Notes under the pieces: generated by a model
What the model was told of the DNA's origin: nothing
Database searches by the model: none
What the model saw: the letters and a program-made list of their open reading frames with translations, nothing else
Position numbers and translations under genes: made by a program
Virus record (IMG/VR): IMGVR_UViG_3300036780_000414
Span: 18,796 to 82,795 of that record
DNA from: a virus
DNA: 64,000 nt
Direction: 5' to 3' (one strand)
Shown: positions 60,678 through 64,000 of the stretch, in pieces
How positions within the stretch are numbered: the first letter of the stretch is position 1
Layout of the letters: every line of letters begins with the position of its first letter

Positions 60678-61001
60678 GTGAGTGACGCCGTTGTCGTGGC
60701 GGTGCTCGGTGCCATCGCCTCCGGGTTCGGCGGGGCTGGCTTCTGGGCCTGGCTCCAGGCCCGCCGCACCAGCAGCGGCCAGGTCATCACAACCCCTGCG
60801 GAGATACTGTGGCAGCAGATGCAGCAGCTCCTAACGTCTACCCAGGAGCGGGCCGACAAGGCCGAGGCGCAGCGCGACAAGCTAATCGAGCAGCGGGACA
60901 AGCTGCTGGAGGGCTACACGGAAACCTCCGCGACGCTGGCCTCTATCAACTTGTCGCTACAGAGATTGCTCGAACTGGCCCCGCCCCAGGGCCGTCCTTG
61001 A
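60678..61001 (+). CDS. Membrane protein (N-terminal TM plus coiled coil)
   Basis: VVVAVLGAIASGFGGAGFWAWL followed by a heptad-like segment. Confidence 0.65.
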   Translation: MSDAVVVAVLGAIASGFGGAGFWAWLQARRTSSGQVITTPAEILWQQMQQLLTSTQERADKAEAQRDKLIEQRDKLLEGYTETSATLASINLSLQRLLELAPPQGRP

Positions 61002-61196
61002 GCCTCAACCTCCTGCGCCGGCTGGTGGCACTGTTCAGCCCCGGCCCCGCACCACCCACCAGCAGTCCCGCCGCGCCCGGCGCTGACATCGACATCAGCG
61101 TGGACGAAGCCATCCAGCGCCTTCGGGTCATGTCCGGTGAGCTTGCCCGGACAGCGGACCTGTTCGAGGCGCGTGTGCGACAGCGGAGGAACACAG

Positions 61197-61649
61197 GTGA
61201 CCAGCCCGTCATCCCCGGAGAACCCGGACGCGGACCTGGCGAAGACAGCCAGGGACCTGACTGACTCCGTCCAGGCGACGAACGCCAAGCTGGACAACGT
61301 GATCAAGTGGCGGCGCCGGTTCGTGCTCGCGACGGTCACCGGGAGCCTGGTATTCGCGGGGGCGATCGCCGGCGTCGTGATCCTCCTCGGCTCCCTGCAC
61401 GGCACCCAGGGCCGCCTTGAGTCGGTGGTGGACTGCAACAACGACCGCTCCCGCCAGTTCGTCAACGCGGTCGCAGTGCGGTCGCAGATCAGCGCGGAGC
61501 AGAACACCGCCCTGGAGAAGCTGCTCGCCCAGGTGCTCCACGTCACCTCCGCGCCCGCGTTCACCGCAGACATCAACGCGTACATCGGCGCGGCGAACCG
61601 GCTTGCCCAGCACCCGGTACCCGCCTACCCTGCGAACGCATGCAAGTAA
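61197..61649 (+). CDS. Membrane protein (coiled coil, TM, extracytoplasmic helix with 2 Cys)
   Basis: KWRRR followed by a hydrophobic helix; ends YPANACK; GGAGG RBS. Confidence 0.6.
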   Translation: MTSPSSPENPDADLAKTARDLTDSVQATNAKLDNVIKWRRRFVLATVTGSLVFAGAIAGVVILLGSLHGTQGRLESVVDCNNDRSRQFVNAVAVRSQISAEQNTALEKLLAQVLHVTSAPAFTADINAYIGAANRLAQHPVPAYPANACK

Positions 61650-62729
61650 TCCAGGTGCCGGCGGACGCCCGCCTGGCGGTGCTGGTCACCGCCAGCGGGT
61701 TCCTCGGCGCGGGCCTCATCCTGCTGTGGGCCTATTTCAGCGGCACAGGCAGCCACAGGTCACCGCGAGCCCCCAGACTGCACCATCACGACCCTCCCGC
61801 GCCCCGGCGCGCCAGGCTCGAATCGGCGCTCCTCACCGGGGAGCTGCCACCGGGCGCTGACTACCCGACTCAGCCGCTGACGGCACACGACACCAGGGAG
61901 ATGAAGCGACCGTGATCCTCCCGCCCAGGCGCGGCGGCACCTACCTGTACTGCCCGGCCTGCCCCCGCTGGCGCACGCGGACCCTGCGCCAGTACGCCCG
62001 CCACTGGGAACGCCGGCACCACTTCCACCACGCAGCCCGGATCATCGCGGGGGCAGGCGAGGTCTACGTAGCCGCCTGCGGGACTCAGCTGCACCAGCCC
62101 GGCTGGGTGGAGCTCGGCTACACCCCCGGATACGGCATCAGCTTCCCGCCCCTCACGGCGCAGCGTGCGGGAGGATAAGACCCGGTGACCGATGACCAGG
62201 CTGCAACCGAGAAGCCCAGCAAGGTCAAGCTAGCCGAAGCCCTCGCGGAAGTACCGGGCATGCCACCGGCGATGCTCGCCCGCGCCGCCGGCGGCTACTA
62301 CCACGATTACGAGTCACCGCTGGCAATGCCCGAGGTCCAGCTGGTCCGCGACCTGCGCGACATGGCCGAGCTGCCGGCCACCGGCCCGAAAGCCAGGGCG
62401 GCCCTGCGCGCTATCGCGCACCGCGTCATGGAAGGCGACTTCGACGCCACTAAGGCAGAATCAGACGCGTGGGCGGCATCGGCGGAAGGGCAGGAAGTCA
62501 TGCGCGAGTTCATGAGCGGCATCGGCAAGAAGCGCCGCCGTGGCTGAGCCAGAGGCCGTGTCCTGGCCTGACGGTGAACCTGTCACCCCGTGGGCCGACC
62601 CGTGGCATGACGTGATGGGTGACATCCGGCGGGTAATGAGCGGGCCGATGACAGGTAACCCGCTGCTCGACGAGGCAGCCGGCCGTCAGCGCGAGTTCTG
62701 GCTGACTGACGCAGGCGGCGAAGAGGACG

Positions 62730-63647
62730 ATGGCTGACCTTGACCCTCCCGGCTACCTCAACGACCGGCAGCGCGCCCTCTGGGTCGCGACCGTGCAGCA
62801 GCTCCTGGCCGCCGGGTCCACCGCACGCGTCAACCCGGATGCGCTCCTCGCGTACGTGTCCGCAGTCGCCACCCATGAGCGGGCCACTGCGCTCCTCAAC
62901 CAGACCGACATCCTCGTTCAGCGGGACGGCAAGCCGGTCGCTAACCCGGCCCTCGAAGTGCAGCGCACCGCCGCAGCGACCATCGCCCGTTTCACCAGGC
63001 AGTTCGGCCTCAACCGGCCCGCCCCCATGCAACCGCCAACCCCCGTCCAGCGCGGACGCTGGTGCGAGGAGCACAAACGGTGGGAGTGCACCAAGAACCG
63101 CAAGCGCGGCGGCATCTGCCACTCCCCCGCCGTCCTCGGCTACGAAGCCTGCCGGATGCACGTCGGGAAGAACGTGGGCAGCGACCCGGTGCACATCCTC
63201 GCGATCGAGCAGCAGCGGAACCCGCTCGCTGGTGAGCCGCTGGACATCGGCCCGGCTGAGGCGCTGCTGTGGCGGGTCCGTGTCCTGGCGGGTGAGGTCT
63301 CCCGGCTGGACATGACGATCGCCGGGCTGGAGCAGGACGAGCTGGTGTTCGGCGTCACCCGTGAGGAGGTGTCGGAGACGGCGGACGGGCCGATGACGAA
63401 GGTGACCAGTGAGGCGCGGCTGAACATGTGGCTGGTCCTGCGGGCGCAGCGGGAACGCGCGTTGCAGGACGCGTGCGAGGCTGCTTTGCGGGCGAACATC
63501 GAGGAGCGGCTGGTGCGGCTGGCTGAGCAGCAGGGCGCGGCGATCCACCGTCTGCTGCTGACCGTCCTCGGTGACTTCGGCATCGCGCAGGACGACCCGC
63601 GCATCGCGCAGGTGATCCCGATGCGGCTGCGGGAGCTGACCGCGTGA
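62730..63647 (+). CDS. Terminase small subunit-like protein (P27-type N-domain fused to a Cys/His finger and a helical domain)
   Basis: PPGYL...W...LLAY...NPAL...FGL; then C...C...CRMHVG; position consistent with the start of the packaging module. Confidence 0.7.
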   Translation: MADLDPPGYLNDRQRALWVATVQQLLAAGSTARVNPDALLAYVSAVATHERATALLNQTDILVQRDGKPVANPALEVQRTAAATIARFTRQFGLNRPAPMQPPTPVQRGRWCEEHKRWECTKNRKRGGICHSPAVLGYEACRMHVGKNVGSDPVHILAIEQQRNPLAGEPLDIGPAEALLWRVRVLAGEVSRLDMTIAGLEQDELVFGVTREEVSETADGPMTKVTSEARLNMWLVLRAQRERALQDACEAALRANIEERLVRLAEQQGAAIHRLLLTVLGDFGIAQDDPRIAQVIPMRLRELTA

Positions 63648-63700
63648 GCAGCGCCGCGCCTACACCAGCGACATGAGCTGACCGCGCTACCCTGGCAGGC

Positions 63701-64000
63701 ATGGCGATCAGACCAGCCAAGAACCCCGTCCCGCGCCTCAGCGCCGGCCAGTCGTTCCCCCGCGTGGAGCTGCCGCCGTTCGAGCCGCTCCAGCGTGAAG
63801 ACGTGACGCTCGCCACCCCGGCCGTCATCCTGCAAGGTGAGCGGGACGCGGCCTACCGGGTGATCAACGCGCTGGTACGCAGGTACGCGGGCGGCTCAGC
63901 GTTCCTCGACGCAGGCGCCGCTGACGTGGAGCAGCCGGTGGTGACAGTGGAGCTCATGCGCGACGCGGACGGCTTCACGATCACTACCCGGCCGCTGTGA
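63701..64000 (+). CDS. Hypothetical protein
   Basis: Plus-strand ORF downstream of the terminase small subunit. Confidence 0.4.
   Translation: MAIRPAKNPVPRLSAGQSFPRVELPPFEPLQREDVTLATPAVILQGERDAAYRVINALVRRYAGGSAFLDAGAADVEQPVVTVELMRDADGFTITTRPL

Noticed and set aside
280-63548. Long opposite-strand ORFs (e.g. 280-1293, 1453-2484, 9471-10529, 25128-26315, 42921-43916, 47496-48416, 54162-55157, 62583-63548)
   Set aside because: Shadow frames of real genes in GC-rich DNA with no recognisable motifs
1-64000. Diversity-generating retroelement or retron explaining the paralog pairs
   Set aside because: No reverse transcriptase motif found, and differences between paralogs are not adenine-specific

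Overview
The window is most of a high-GC tailed-phage genome, probably infecting an actinomycete. It runs from the last tail genes and lysis genes (1-4165, +) through a ~37 kb leftward arm of mostly small ORFs (4255-41190, -), which includes RecE/RecT-like genes, a HerA-like ATPase and two HNH proteins. A rightward block follows (41718-48368): initiator with an internal origin-like element, DnaB-like helicase, RuvC-like resolvase, adenine methyltransferase, papain-like peptidase and DUF932. Next come a 7-deazaguanine DNA-modification operon (49940-55751), small/membrane ORFs and a terminase small subunit (62730-63647). I found no integrase, CI-like repressor, tRNA or CRISPR array. Best candidates for new biology: (1) a Que operon with two intact, tandem DpdA-like transglycosylases plus a translationally coupled SAM methyltransferase and no QueF, suggesting a two-specificity and possibly chemically new dG modification; (2) a phage-specific promoter/operator element (CCCTAC-N4-CACATGTG-N5-TAnnnT) in about 10 copies; (3) a host PafBC/RecA-NDp-type DNA-damage promoter in front of recET; (4) a duplicated dead-YraN plus helical-partner module; (5) a ~190-nt putative structured RNA. 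All family calls come from motif recognition by eye; no database searches were run.
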